DNA of 64,000 nt from NCBI GenBank assembly GCA_008632985.1, contig QPGO01000027.1, positions 186,001-250,000 of the forward strand, read 5' to 3'. Each line of letters opens with the position of its first letter. Position 1 is the stretch's first letter. The notes under the pieces are model-generated. The model did not search any database, had not been told where the DNA came from, and was given only the letters and a program-made list of their open reading frames with translations. The translations under genes and the position numbers were made by a program. The DNA comes from Psammoneis japonica. Lineage: Eukaryota. Shown in pieces: positions 24,738 through 36,249 of the stretch.

Positions 24738-25309
24738 AACTTGACGACCATTTGTCCGTTGGGGAAACGTCCAAGGATAGTGGAGCAAGACCCAGGCTTT
24801 ACGTGAGTGTTGGTATCAAGCTGCAGTTAGTAATCGTAGTAAGTTCGAATCTTTTCTCGACTTTAGTTTATAAAATGGAAAATTAGAAAATCGTCATTGC
24901 GACTTTCAAGTTGCACTCTAGGGGTTTAGCTTGGAGAAAACGAGAGCTTGGTTTTGATCTTAACTGCTGTCAACGGTTGATTCCTCGGAAATTTCGAAAA
25001 CAGAGAGTTGCACAAGTCGACATCGCATCAACGCCTGATCCAACAATCCTAAAGAGCGTAGGACTCTCATCGCCCAAGCCACTTGAAAACGAGGACCTAC
25101 CCTGCGCACCATATACAGTGTAGCATAGCATCCGCCATGGTTCCGAATCTTTCGCCAGATGTGCCCGACGACAATCGAGTGTTCTAAGGAGGAACGCAAG
25201 CCCATCAGTTTGTGGAAAACGTTGGCGTGAACAATAGTGTGGCGGCGGTAAGAAAGAAGGCAAAATGTGGTATCAAAGGTTTCTCGAGTGCAAGAAGGTG
25301 ACGTGACTG

Positions 25310-25450
25310 CCGGTGTAGTATGATTACAGGCCTTGTTCGTGACAGGATCAACAAAGAGTGTTCCCATAATGGGACACACAAGCGACTCTCCACCACCCAG
25401 CACCTGAAGGTCAACATCGTCATCATCGTTGCTATTGCGAGCAGCAGCTT
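25310..25450 (-). pseudogene. Short fragment resembling an NSE2/MMS21 SP-RING zinc finger
   Basis: An acidic stretch is followed by SLVCPIMGTLFVDPVTNKACNHT (CPI....F.DPV....C.HT). The rest of the domain is not recognisable. Confidence 0.4.
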
Positions 25451-25605
25451 TGTCAGTGACACAAAAATTGATTCTATCTAAAAAGTCTAGTAGCTAGAGC
25501 TAGAGAGGCTGGTGGCTCTCTACTAGAGTCCCGCTAAAAATGATGTGTACATCGGGAAAGCCGCTTTCCAGCGGATAGTTCACATAAAAGGAAAATTTCG
25601 CTTGC

Positions 25606-28600
25606 TCAGCGAACCTCCCGCTTTCGTGCGAGAGAGAACATGGTGCCAAGCGCAAGCACCAAAAAGAATGCCAGCAGTACTCCGATGTTGCCACTAACTG
25701 AAGGCGGGTTATCAAATGCATAAATCTCGTTTACAAGGTCCTCATGCATAGTACCCCGAAAGAAACTCAGCGCAAGACCCTGCAACGTGTACTTGCAAGG
25801 GCTCACCCACTGTAACCAACTGATAAAGCTTTCCATGGATGGGAACGGGACAAAGCCACCCGATAAAGCGAGGCTCACAGTCACCACACCCGATCCCATT
25901 AAGAATGCCAAGTCCTGAGACGGGAGAATGATTGAATGAAAAAGCACCATGGCACTTCCGGTCAGTCCGCTCGTTATCAGAACGGCCAGATAAGTGAAGA
26001 ATGATTCCCACTTCTCCATCACAGGACTCCACAGGTTGCACATGTTGACAATAATTATGGTTTCGATTGTCGCCGCAATTATAATCACCCATGTTTCCAG
26101 AATGATTTGTGAAAGACAGTAAAGCCAAGGAGAATACAAACCAAGCGCACTTTCCGCCAGGTAGAACTTCTTGTCGTGGACAAACACCGGGATCATCGCA
26201 AAGGGTAACAGGTACGAAACCAATATGATAAATGTCATGGCCCCGACAACGGCGTTGATATCCACACCGATGTTCATGCCACCTTCAATATTGCCAACAT
26301 CCCAGAAAAGTAGTCCGTCCACTAAAGAGCATGCGGCATAGAGAACAATCCTACAGGCGAAATTCGCAATGTTGCGAATGTAGTGGTTTGTGAGATTGCG
26401 CTTGACTACAACTCGGAACTTCCACCATGAACCTGGGGGTTCTGCAATGTCGTAGTTCTTGTGCTCAATTGTAGAGACTAGGTCCTTGGATACATCTTGA
26501 CCTAGCGACAATGACGCCCTGGTTTCGTCTGATAGATTAGTAGCTTGAGCCACAATGTCTGACGGTAGATCGTACCAATCCGGCATCTGTACATGAAAAA
26601 CATCCTGGTAAAGATCTTCCAACAACAACGTCTCGTCGGAAAACACAGTTGTGCCTTTGTCGAGAAGCACGAGGCGGTCAAACTCGCGAAAAAGAGCTCC
26701 ACTGGGTTGATGAATCACCAACATAGCAGCCACCTTCTTTGATCTGCATAGTCGCTTCAGAAGGCGGGTCACCGACAATGCATTCTCTGAGTCCAGGCCA
26801 CTACGGCATCAAAAACAGCGATCAGCGCTTTTCTATTACAAAACCTCCAATTGCAAATTAAGATTAAGCATGAGATCGATAATTGTTACGGCACATACCT
26901 GGTGATCTCATCCAGAAATAATACCCGCGGCTTAAGGGCAAGAGCGCAAGCCACAGCGAGTCGCTTCCGCTCACCACCAGACATACCGCGAATAACAAGA
27001 CCGCCTGCGAGCTCGCCTCCGATTGGTCGCTGACAAGTCTCTCGACTACGTTTGAGCAACGGGGCACAAAATCAAAAAGGGTCAGAAAGAGTTTCCAAGA
27101 GCATTCATGTTCACGGAAGGCACAAAATCAGCACCGCACCTCAGCCCGACTTCATGCAGCACAGTTCGAATCCGGGACATGCGCACAGCATCGCCGCGAG
27201 GGTCCTTGCCAAGTTTTAGATTCGCCGCGAACGCAACAGCTTCCTCTGGAGTTTGCGTCGGGAAGAACGCTTCCTGCTGTGGTACATATGCGGCAACAGA
27301 ATAAAGAATGCTGTCTGCTATCCTATTCTGAGCCTCTCCAGCATAGCATTCATTGCCAAGTACTGAAAGTCTACCAGAGAGCGTCCCAAGAACCTTTCGC
27401 CCCGACAAAATGTCAAGAAGGGTGCTTTTACCAGAGCCGCTGCCTCCCATAATCGCTGTCAACTCCCCCGGGCGCAGCTCTCCGTGCGATTTCGTGAGAC
27501 TTATAATGTCGGCATCCGACGCACGCTTTCCACGATAGGAGCACGAAACACCCGACCACGACAGTAGTGCTGCTGGCGTCTCCGTAGCTTCTTGGTCCTC
27601 GAGACGTTCCATAGGATCATACTCTTCTCCCGCACGAGATGGGACTTTAGACTCCCTTCTGCTGTCCACAACCCCAACCCATGATGATGTCAATGTCGAT
27701 AGATTCCGCCAGCTTCCCCGTCTAGGTGTTACTGGCGCACTTTTACTTTTCTTGCTCCGAAGGAGTGTTATCGTAAAAACATATGCACTGAACAGAAATG
27801 CGATTGCTAGCAAAAAAATGGAAAATACCAGAGGAAATACTTCCGAAGCATTCTCGGCGTACCGATTCGCGTATTCCTCAAGAAACTGGTCAGACATGAA
27901 TTCGGCAAGCATATACACGGACGAAAGTACACCGGCGGACAATGGGAAACTTCGAAGAACCGACGAGTCAATGACACGAACTCCAGTCAGGCCTCCCATT
28001 AGCTTCAAGTCACCGTCGACGACACTGCCAACTGCACAGCCACCCACGAAATGGAAGTTGGTGCTCGACGACACGGACAGCCATTCTTGCATCGTCAAGT
28101 TTCCAGGGCCCAATTCCTTCATTTCAAAGTCCGGTGGAAAACTGCTGACGACCTCTTGCATCGCTTCGGTGCACTCTGCAGCTATTAAAAAGTCTCGGGG
28201 ATCTCCAAGGAAGTTGGTGTGGATTTTTGGCTCGGCGAAAGGGTCCTCGGCACTTGAAATACTCATGTTTCCAGTACTAACCGAGTTCATTTCACAAAGC
28301 GCCGCAAAAATGGGCTGATCTCTAGCCACGGAAGCGGCAAATGTGGATGTGTGATATGCCATGAGACCCGCTTTCCCTAGAGTACAGGTCGTTGCAACAC
28401 CGTATGGGCCACCTTCCCCAGCTTCAAATTGTTGCCGCGCATCGTTTGTCAGAAGGGTTGAATTATTAGCCCAGTCCAAAGGCCGCCCTTGGTATTCACC
28501 CAGAGCACCTACCACCAATCTTGCCTTAGTCTGCATACCAACGGGAAGGTCTGCAAGTATCTCAGTGACGCCCTTCTCCTTCAGCAATTCTGAAGGTCCA

Positions 28601-29541
28601 ATTCCCGACAGCTGCAGTAACTTGGGCGAACCGAATGGCCCTGCTGACAGAATAATTTCCTCATGTGCTGAAATCCTAATTCGATTATCAAGATCACCAG
28701 AGGAAGTTACAACAAACTCGATCGTATCAACATGCTTGGTCCCTTCGTGTGACTCAAGTAGTCTTGTGACTGTGGCCTCCTGAATAACAATGAGTGAACT
28801 TTTGCACGCGCCCTGGAGAGCTGGCTTCAAATGTACATCCTCGGCACTTAATCTACGACCATCTTCGTTACCAAACAGGAAATTCAGCTCAACTGTGTCC
28901 CCACCAGAGCCTCCTGGAACCAGCTCCTCTTCGTTGAGTTCAAAGCCTGTACGTACAAAAGCGTCAACTGCTTCTTTCGTGTAGTTTTGTTGAACCTTTT
29001 CAGCCGGCTGGGAGACAACCAAAGCTTTGCTCACCCGCTCAAAGACCCGGTTGGCAATTGGGGTGATCAAGCCATTAATCCCCCATTGCTCAACAGTGCC
29101 ATCGAGAGGAAGAGAGTATTGAAAAGCAATGTTGCTGGCCCCACCCAGAGTGGCCGCGTCATACATCATGACTTTTCGCCCCAATTCACCAGACATAGTG
29201 TCAAACAGACTTGGGTTCGGCTGAGATAAAATGCTGTTGTAGATGTCGTTTTGAGAAGCGCTTGGATTACGCAGGTATAGCAGCTCGTTTTGTCTGAAAT
29301 TGTTTGTAGGGAATTCTTGATCGGCAGTACGAGGAGCGCCACGTTCCAGCATAACAATCTTTGCTTTCGGAAGATCTTGACACAATCTTGAAGCCAAAAC
29401 ACAGCCGGCTGAACCTCCTCCCACAATTACAAAATCCGCTGATGTCGGAAGATTGTCCTTGCCGGCAACCAACATGGCTGCTTCGGTCAGTTGACCGGTC
29501 CAGAAGGGGGGGAAGCTCAGTAGCAGCAGTACAAGCAGCAT
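25606..29541 (-). CDS. GMC (glucose-methanol-choline) oxidoreductase / ABCG half-transporter fusion, ~1247 aa; exons 29541-27140, 27045-26899, 26800-25606
   Basis: Domain order: signal peptide; FAD motif DFVIVGGGSAGCVLASRL; EIILSAG.FGSPKLLQLSGIGP; C-terminal HFVGGCAVG..VVD..L...G..GVRVIDSS; one TM helix; Walker A GGSGSGKST in the same exon and frame. Spliced exon 2 gives MSGGERKR and LFLDEITSGLDS. Then H-loop VIHQPS and a six-helix ABC2 membrane domain. Exon lengths sum to 3744 nt, which is in frame. Confidence 0.9.
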
Positions 29542-30655
29542 GGTGATGCACGCAAAATGGAGATCATCCAGCAAAACGTATCTTCCTCCTTCTGGTCCCA
29601 GAAAGCGCTCGCTGAGAACAGCGGGGCTATCGATCGAGGCAGATGCCGCGGTTTGGGTTGTTGCAACTTCGTACCAGACGTAGTAGGAGTATGATGATGT
29701 GATGTGTTGGAAGTTCGAAGTTGCAATCTGTTGTTTTCTTTCTCAGAATTTTCATCACGGTCAGGCAGCGTGCGGTACAGTAACAGTAACGGTAGACGGA
29801 CGGACCGTGCGCAAAAGACGTAGAGTCTGTCCTGCGTTCACCGAAAACGCACTGCTCGACTGACTGATTCAATGCAAACACTGCACTCATGGCGCTGAGC
29901 CAACAACATGGCAAGTGCAATGTGACCTCTGCACCAAGGTTAACACCACCTTCAATGTTGCCAACATTCTAGAACTGCAGGCTGTCCATCAAAGAGCATG
30001 CACTGCAAAGAACAATCTGGTGCTCTGGGCACAAAGGAGTTTGCTGCACAGCGCATCTGGGACGCCAACAATCTGGGTCTGACCGTCTGCCACAATCTGG
30101 GCATTTCTTGACTTTAATGCCAGATTATTGTTAACTTATGAGCCAATTCTCTCCTTAAACATGACATGAGAACTGTGTGAGTTTATGAGCTTCTAAAACC
30201 TGGGTCGCTTCTCACTTTTTTAAGTGTGGTCATTCTTTTCACACAATGCTGACCTGCACCCCAATCAACATTTGCGGTTTCTCGTCATTTTAACACAAAT
30301 GTTGCCACTTATAATCCACCCTCCTTTTCCACCAACTCGTCCTACATTTCATCTCTTTGCCATGTCATTTTCAAATCCAAGTTCCCAATTGCCACACGTT
30401 CTTGCATCTAAACCGCATTGCAGAATGTTTTTTTTTATTTTCGCTTGTCCAGATTTTATTGTTTGTTTCAAATTGCGTTTACACACCAGTTTGGTTGGTG
30501 GCCATTTCGGCATTTGCTGCCGCTCCGTTGCCTGCAGCCACCGCCTGCAATGGCAGGTCCTCTCCCATCGGCGCCGCCCATCCTTCCTCTCTCTCCTTTC
30601 TTTTTTCCTCTCTCTTGCGTTTCTTGTTTTCCTCCTGAGACAAGTTGGTCTTCTC

Positions 30656-31591
30656 TCACCTTCTCTCCTTGAACCATGCACAGAATCCCTGGTTGCTCTC
30701 TCTGTCTTTCACCACCCACTGACATGGATCATTGTGCTTCTTGATCCCCTCCTTGCTCCATCCTTGGTTCCTCTTTGCCGATTCCCCCGCCGCCTGCGCT
30801 GTGCACTTTGCAGGAGCAGCATCTTTCACAGTTGGCTTTCTTCTCCTTGCAACATTTTCTTCCTTTTCCAATTTCTCTGCCATGTCCTTCACCTTGTTGC
30901 AGCAGTTCAAGCACACCAGCAGAGCAAACGCCTCTGACGAAACAGAAAGCCACTCCTGAAGCATGTCGGCTGTGCTTCCACCAAACTGCGCTTGTCCCAC
31001 CACCGTTGGCACCACAGTTTCCAAGAACCACATGCATGTGTCCTTGTCATTTCTTCCCTTTGTCAAATCTTTGTAATCCACCAGCAATCCCTCTAAAGCA
31101 GCAACTGCACAGATGAAAGCAAAGGAAGTGACACTCATCCCGTTGGACAATCGCCTCCAACACAATCAATGACATGCACACATCTGCTTGCCTGTCATTC
31201 TCCTCCCAATGTTGTCCTGCACATTGTTCCTCTTTTGGTTGAGTTTGGTCCTGAACTGCCAGAATGCCTTTGGCAAAGACGCCATGCTCCTCAACTCCTG
31301 CAGAACCAATTTCATGCAATCTCCTCCTACGGCGAGTTCATGATTGAAGATTGTGAACTTGCGACATGGCCAAACACTCTCATTGACAACCTTTGTCAAC
31401 ATTGATGCCATCAATTTCTTGCCCACCGCCGGTGCATGATCCAACACAAGACATCCCTCTGTGGGAGTCACCAACGAACTTGAATCCCCACCTGCGCACT
31501 GGAATCTGTTCAATTCCCCATGTTCGTTTCTTTGTGCATGCAACAAGGCCGCCACCGCAGGACTCATGGTGACTTCATGTGACACCACCAC
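30656..31591 (-). pseudogene. Transposon accessory ORF (SEAFALLV...GWSKEGIK..N.L type), left-arm copy
   Basis: RTKLN.KRNNVQ, a probable intron with an eroded donor (GCAAG for GTAAG), then WFLETVVP.VVG, SVSSEAFALLV.LN, K(Y>C)T and GWSKEGIKK(Y>H)ND. Confidence 0.55.
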
Positions 31592-32332
31592 ACAGATGAA
31601 TCCAAGAATTCTGTTGGCTCATCAGCAACTCTTTGTCATGTCCTTTCTCAACCTCACTTGCTGCTGGAAGTTGCACTTCCTCCCTCCGTCACTCCTGTGA
31701 GAACCGTGTCCTCCATCTTTTTTGCCTTCCCAATGGCTTCCTCTCATTTGGAACTTCCGTCCTTTCCTGTCGCTTTATGAAAGGCAAGTTGCAAAATGAA
31801 TGCACTTTGCATGTGATTTTCTTGGTTTTGTTGTTGCTCGCGTGTCCTCTCTCGATTCAAACAGGTCTTTGCATCATTTTTGAGTGCTCATTCCCAACCC
31901 CATGTTTGAATTTTTATCAACGTTAAACTGTTTTGAATTGCGCACCTTTGTCGGCCAATCCAGTGCGCCAATGAAGATTGCAACATCATTTGAATCAACA
32001 TCGAACAATGTGTTGCATCTCCTTGTGTTGGTGTGTGCATTGCGCCTGCTTCCTGATGCAACATCTGTTTCATTTGGTTTGTTGAGTCGTGTCAAACCTC
32101 CCATTTGTTTGCACAAATCCATGTCGCTCACTGTCTCACATCAATTTGTCCCTGTCTTAACAGGTCATTCTCTCCACTTCCCCGACACCACATCTCTCCA
32201 ATTGCTCTCTCTTTTGCCCAAATTGTCCAACCCACTTTCAATGGCCACTGAAGGGTTTTATTTTCACGACTGAGACATGGTTGTTGTGAGTCGTTCCCGT
32301 TGCAGGAATGCGCATTCCCTCTGTTGCAATCA

Positions 32333-33440
32333 CATGCCGCCAATTGATGATCAAGTTGGTCATTTTGCTGGTGGTGGTGTGGAATCACACGGTGGTGCGG
32401 CAAGCTTTGCCTTCTTCACCGAGGTCATTTGCAACCCTGCTCTCCTTGCGGCCCAAATTCGAAGCCCCTTTAATTTCCTCGATGTTGGTGGTGGTGTTGG
32501 TGGTTTTGCGATTGCCTGTCGTTTGCTTGTTCCTGCCTGTGATGCCTGCAGCATTGAGTTCCACTGCCCCCATCATGATTTGGGCTCTCAGTGGTGTGAT
32601 GCCATCTGGCACAACCATGCCAGTTGCTGTCCTGCCCTGATCAATCAGGACTTCCTCTCTGAAGATGATGCTGTGCGTCGGTTGCACCGTCTGAACAACT
32701 TAAAGATTTTCTTCAACAACTGCAATTGGCGAATGCTTTTTGACAACAATGCAACACAGAACCAACTCGAGGAGACACTGTCCAACGAGTGTCCTGAAGG
32801 TGCTGTCATCATTTCACTGGACGTGATGTTTTGTGTGTGTGCCCACAAATGGAGTCATGAAGCATTCTTTGTTCCTGCCCATCCAGACAATCTAGAGTCC
32901 ATCGCAGAACAAGACCCGGCACAAATTAAGACCCGTCGTGGGTTGCAGCACAAAAAGCGCGTAAAATTTTCTTTTGGTCAAAAAAATTTGAGAGGCATCG
33001 CGTTCGAAAGAGCACGGCGAGAGCAGTCGATTGCCGCCCTTTTTACCCCCCAGAAAAATCTTGGCCCTTGCGTGGCGCGGTCCAATCTCCAGCACTCAAA
33101 TCACGTGCATTTCTGCGTGGGTCTTAAATCACAACCTCTGTGTCAGCCTTGGCTTGTCGGGCATTTTGGTTCACGTGCTGAAACTCTTCAACCATTCGGA
33201 TTTGAAAAAAAAGTGAAGATTTTTTTGTGACAAGTTCGATGTGTTCTTTCACATTCAGGCGCGCAATTCCGAAATGCACGAACATTGCGGCATCTGCATG
33301 GATGGAGATCTTAGGTGGGTCTTGCTGTGTGATGGACTCTGTCGTGGGGAGGTGGTGTCGACAGGCACCTGCTTCACAAGCACACCAAGAAAAGAGACGA
33401 TGCCATGGAGCCAAGGCATTCCACTGGGAACAACCTGGGG
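32333..33440 (+). pseudogene. DOT1-like class I SAM-dependent methyltransferase (cargo), interrupted by a MITE
   Basis: ES(Y>H)GG, FNFLDVGGGVG, SIEF, QDFL, KIFFNN(Y>C), PEGAVIISLD. The motif order matches DOT1 (YGE, F.DLGSGVG, G.E, GDF, IF.NN, G..IIS). Confidence 0.6.
32895..33339. mobile_element. 445-bp MITE with ~23-bp TIRs and TA target-site duplication (Tc1/mariner-type)
   Basis: TIRs GAGTCCATCGCAGAACAAGACCC and GGGTCTTGCTGTGTGATGGACTC, flanked by TA (32893-4) and TG (33340-1). It is absent from the orthologous empty site in the right arm (~47400). Confidence 0.9.
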
Positions 33441-33637
33441 TCTGATGTCAAACGAAAATTCAAGCCTGCCAAAAGTGGGCAACTTTGCAATTCCCCTTTG
33501 TTTGCAATGCAACTTTCTTCCATGAAAGCAATGCATTGTTAACTGGCCCTTTGCACAAACCCACTTTTTGCCTCTGCTGACTTGCTGCTTTGCTGGTTTC
33601 GCATTCCAACAACTGCTTGTTCACACACTTGCCATGT

Positions 33638-34410
33638 TCACATGCTTGCCATGTCGAAATTGTGGACTGGACATGCCATGTTCCTTCGACCCGAATTTGT
33701 TTTGTCAGGCAAAGCCTGGTGCAACATTCTTGCATCAAAAACAAATGCAGTGCCTGCTTCTCCAACCAGCAATTGTTTTTCCAAACCCAACCTGACCAAG
33801 TGTCTTTCACATTCCTTCTCATTCAATGTTGCCTCACAACTGTCCAGCCATGTCTCAGCTGCACCATTGTGCTCCGTTGTGTCATCAAGGAACAGAAACA
33901 TGGTGAAAATTTTGTTGCCAGGTGATGATTTTGTTTCCATGTAATCACGATGAATTCCCCCCTTTGACCAGAAGTTTGATCTTGAACTTGAAGCAGGAGC
34001 GTTTGCCGCTGTGTGCCGGGACATCTTTCTGCACAAATCACCTGCTGGGGGAAAGCCAGGAATTGACTCCAACATTTTTTCTGCCAATCCAATGCCTTCC
34101 TCCTTGTCCTTTTTGTCAATGGCAAACTCACCAACAAAATGGTGTCCTTCGTTCTCTTGCTTGCTGCTTGGTGCCTTGTTTGCCAGTGTTGTTGTCTGGT
34201 TGAGCAGGGGCAGTGGTGTTTTGAATTTTTGCAAGCAGCCTTTTTTTCCTTCCTGGTGCACTCTTTCTTTGGACCTGGCCGTCTCACTCTTGACGACATG
34301 AGATTTCATTTTGCCAGGTTGTGTCAGCAACTTGCCATGTTTCTGACATGATGTTGTCAGCCAACGGGCAAATTTCCGGCATCCATTCACAGAACACTTC
34401 CGCGCCATTC
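33638..34410 (-). pseudogene. PhyH-like 2OG-Fe(II) dioxygenase with N-terminal Cys/His finger (cargo), left-arm copy
   Basis: IHRD (HxD), MFLFLDDTTEHNGA, GEAGTAFVFDARMLH.A..K..S.RR (distal His and 2OG-binding Arg). N-terminal CSVNGCRK...CQKHG. Confidence 0.7.
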
Positions 34411-36249
34411 TCTGGAAATGCCTGTTCCACAAAATCAAATGGCACCCAGTCTTTTTTTTAAGTGGAGCAGACCCAATCCAGCAAAAGTCCGCATCCATTG
34501 CTGTGCAACAAAAACGGCTTTCTCGCCAAACATGTGTTGCCAATGGCAGCCCATCTGTTGTGTGCACCACAGACATTTTTTTCACAAACAGTCCCGTGTG
34601 ATGTGTTGCCAACGGCAGTCTGTCTCTTGGGTGCACCACAGACATTTTTTTCGTAAACAGTCCCATGTGATGTGATCTTCGTTGATCCTGTTTGCTGCAT
34701 GATCTCATCAAATGGGTCATCCCAGCCATCTCAAAAGTGCAGAAAACAATTTTGTCACACGCTGTCCTGTTGGTGCTGTTGTGAGATGTTTTCACATCGC
34801 CACCGCGGCAGACACAGAGAACAGCTGCCATCCACCATTCATTCTGCACCACAAACAAACTCTTTTAGAAGAATGCACACAATGAATGATTGCAAATGAC
34901 AGGTGTCACTTTTTTGGCAACACCCCCATCTGTTGACAGAGCAATTTGGCATCACTTTTTTGTTGTCACAACTGTGTGTTGACAAAGCAATTTGGTGTCA
35001 CTTTTCTGTTGTTGTGCACATTTGTCAACAGAAGAATTTGGCATCAGTTTTTCATTGACACACGTGTCTGTCAACACATGCCTTTGGCATCACTTTTTTG
35101 TTTGCGCACTTGACACCAGCCTGTGCGTTGTCGTGACACAAAGCACATCTCCCACAGCAAACCACATTCTCCTGAATCTTGTCCAAGTCGCTGATCAACT
35201 CATGTTGAGCAGTGAACAGATGACATTTGGGCAACTCTGTCTCTTGTCCTCTGCAGCCTTGTCATTCCCTTTGCAGGGCAACAACCTCAAAATGATCCCA
35301 CCCCGAAGAATGCTGCCCAACCCCTCACCTGTTACACCACATCACCGAAATGGAACCGACAAATCTTTTTTCGTCCGATGCATCACACTTCTTTCCTGCT
35401 GACATTCCACCTGACTCAACCTGCAGCATTGACCAACAATCCATCTGGCCATTGTCCCCCGCCGGTGCATCTGGCCCCGTTCAGCACAGAAAACAGCCTT
35501 GACACCAAATTGAGGCTGCATCATTCTCCCACACGTTGGGCAAATGAACGCAGTCATGTTCATTCATCACTCAAAAAAAGGGGTTTGACCGATCACTCAA
35601 TCCGTGGCATTGTGCTGATGATGTTTGATGCGAAAATCTTTGCGTTTGAGAGCAGTGGGAAGAGCAATGCACACAACCCAAACCACCTTGGTGAATTTGC
35701 AAAATGGCCGGTACACCCAAGCTGCGCTCGATTGGCTTTGAAGGAGGCAGCCCTCCCAGAGCTGGCTCAAAGAAAGAAAAAAATGACGCGCACAAAAATC
35801 ATTGATGCTCGCTGCTTCCAAACCAAAAAATGCAAAACATCTGCAGCGGCACAGGTGAGGGATTGCATCTTGCGCACTGCTTCCAATTCCCATCTGTTTC
35901 TTGCCTGACAAATTTGTTGTTGATGCTTCCTAGAATGAAAGCCTTGCCAAAAGTCCAACGATTGCAACTGGTGTCGATTCCTGTGTGGAGGGCACCAATG
36001 ACGACAACAATGACACAACATGGGCGGAGACAGATGTCATGGATGACGAACAACAAATTTTTGCTGTTGCAGACAGTGAGGAAGTTTCGCCAGCAAGGGA
36101 TTTCATCTGTCGTGCTGCTTCCCTTTCCTGTCTGTTCCCCACCTGACAAAGTGCATGTTGATGTCTCCTGGAATGAAAGCAAAGCTCAAAGTCAAACGAT
36201 TGCCGCCGGTGTCGACTCCGTTCAGGAGGCACCCACAACAACAACAATG

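Noticed and set aside
34532..34672. 69-bp tandem duplication upstream of the dioxygenase cargo gene
   Set aside because: Real, but only two copies inside the transposon arm and no evidence of separate function.
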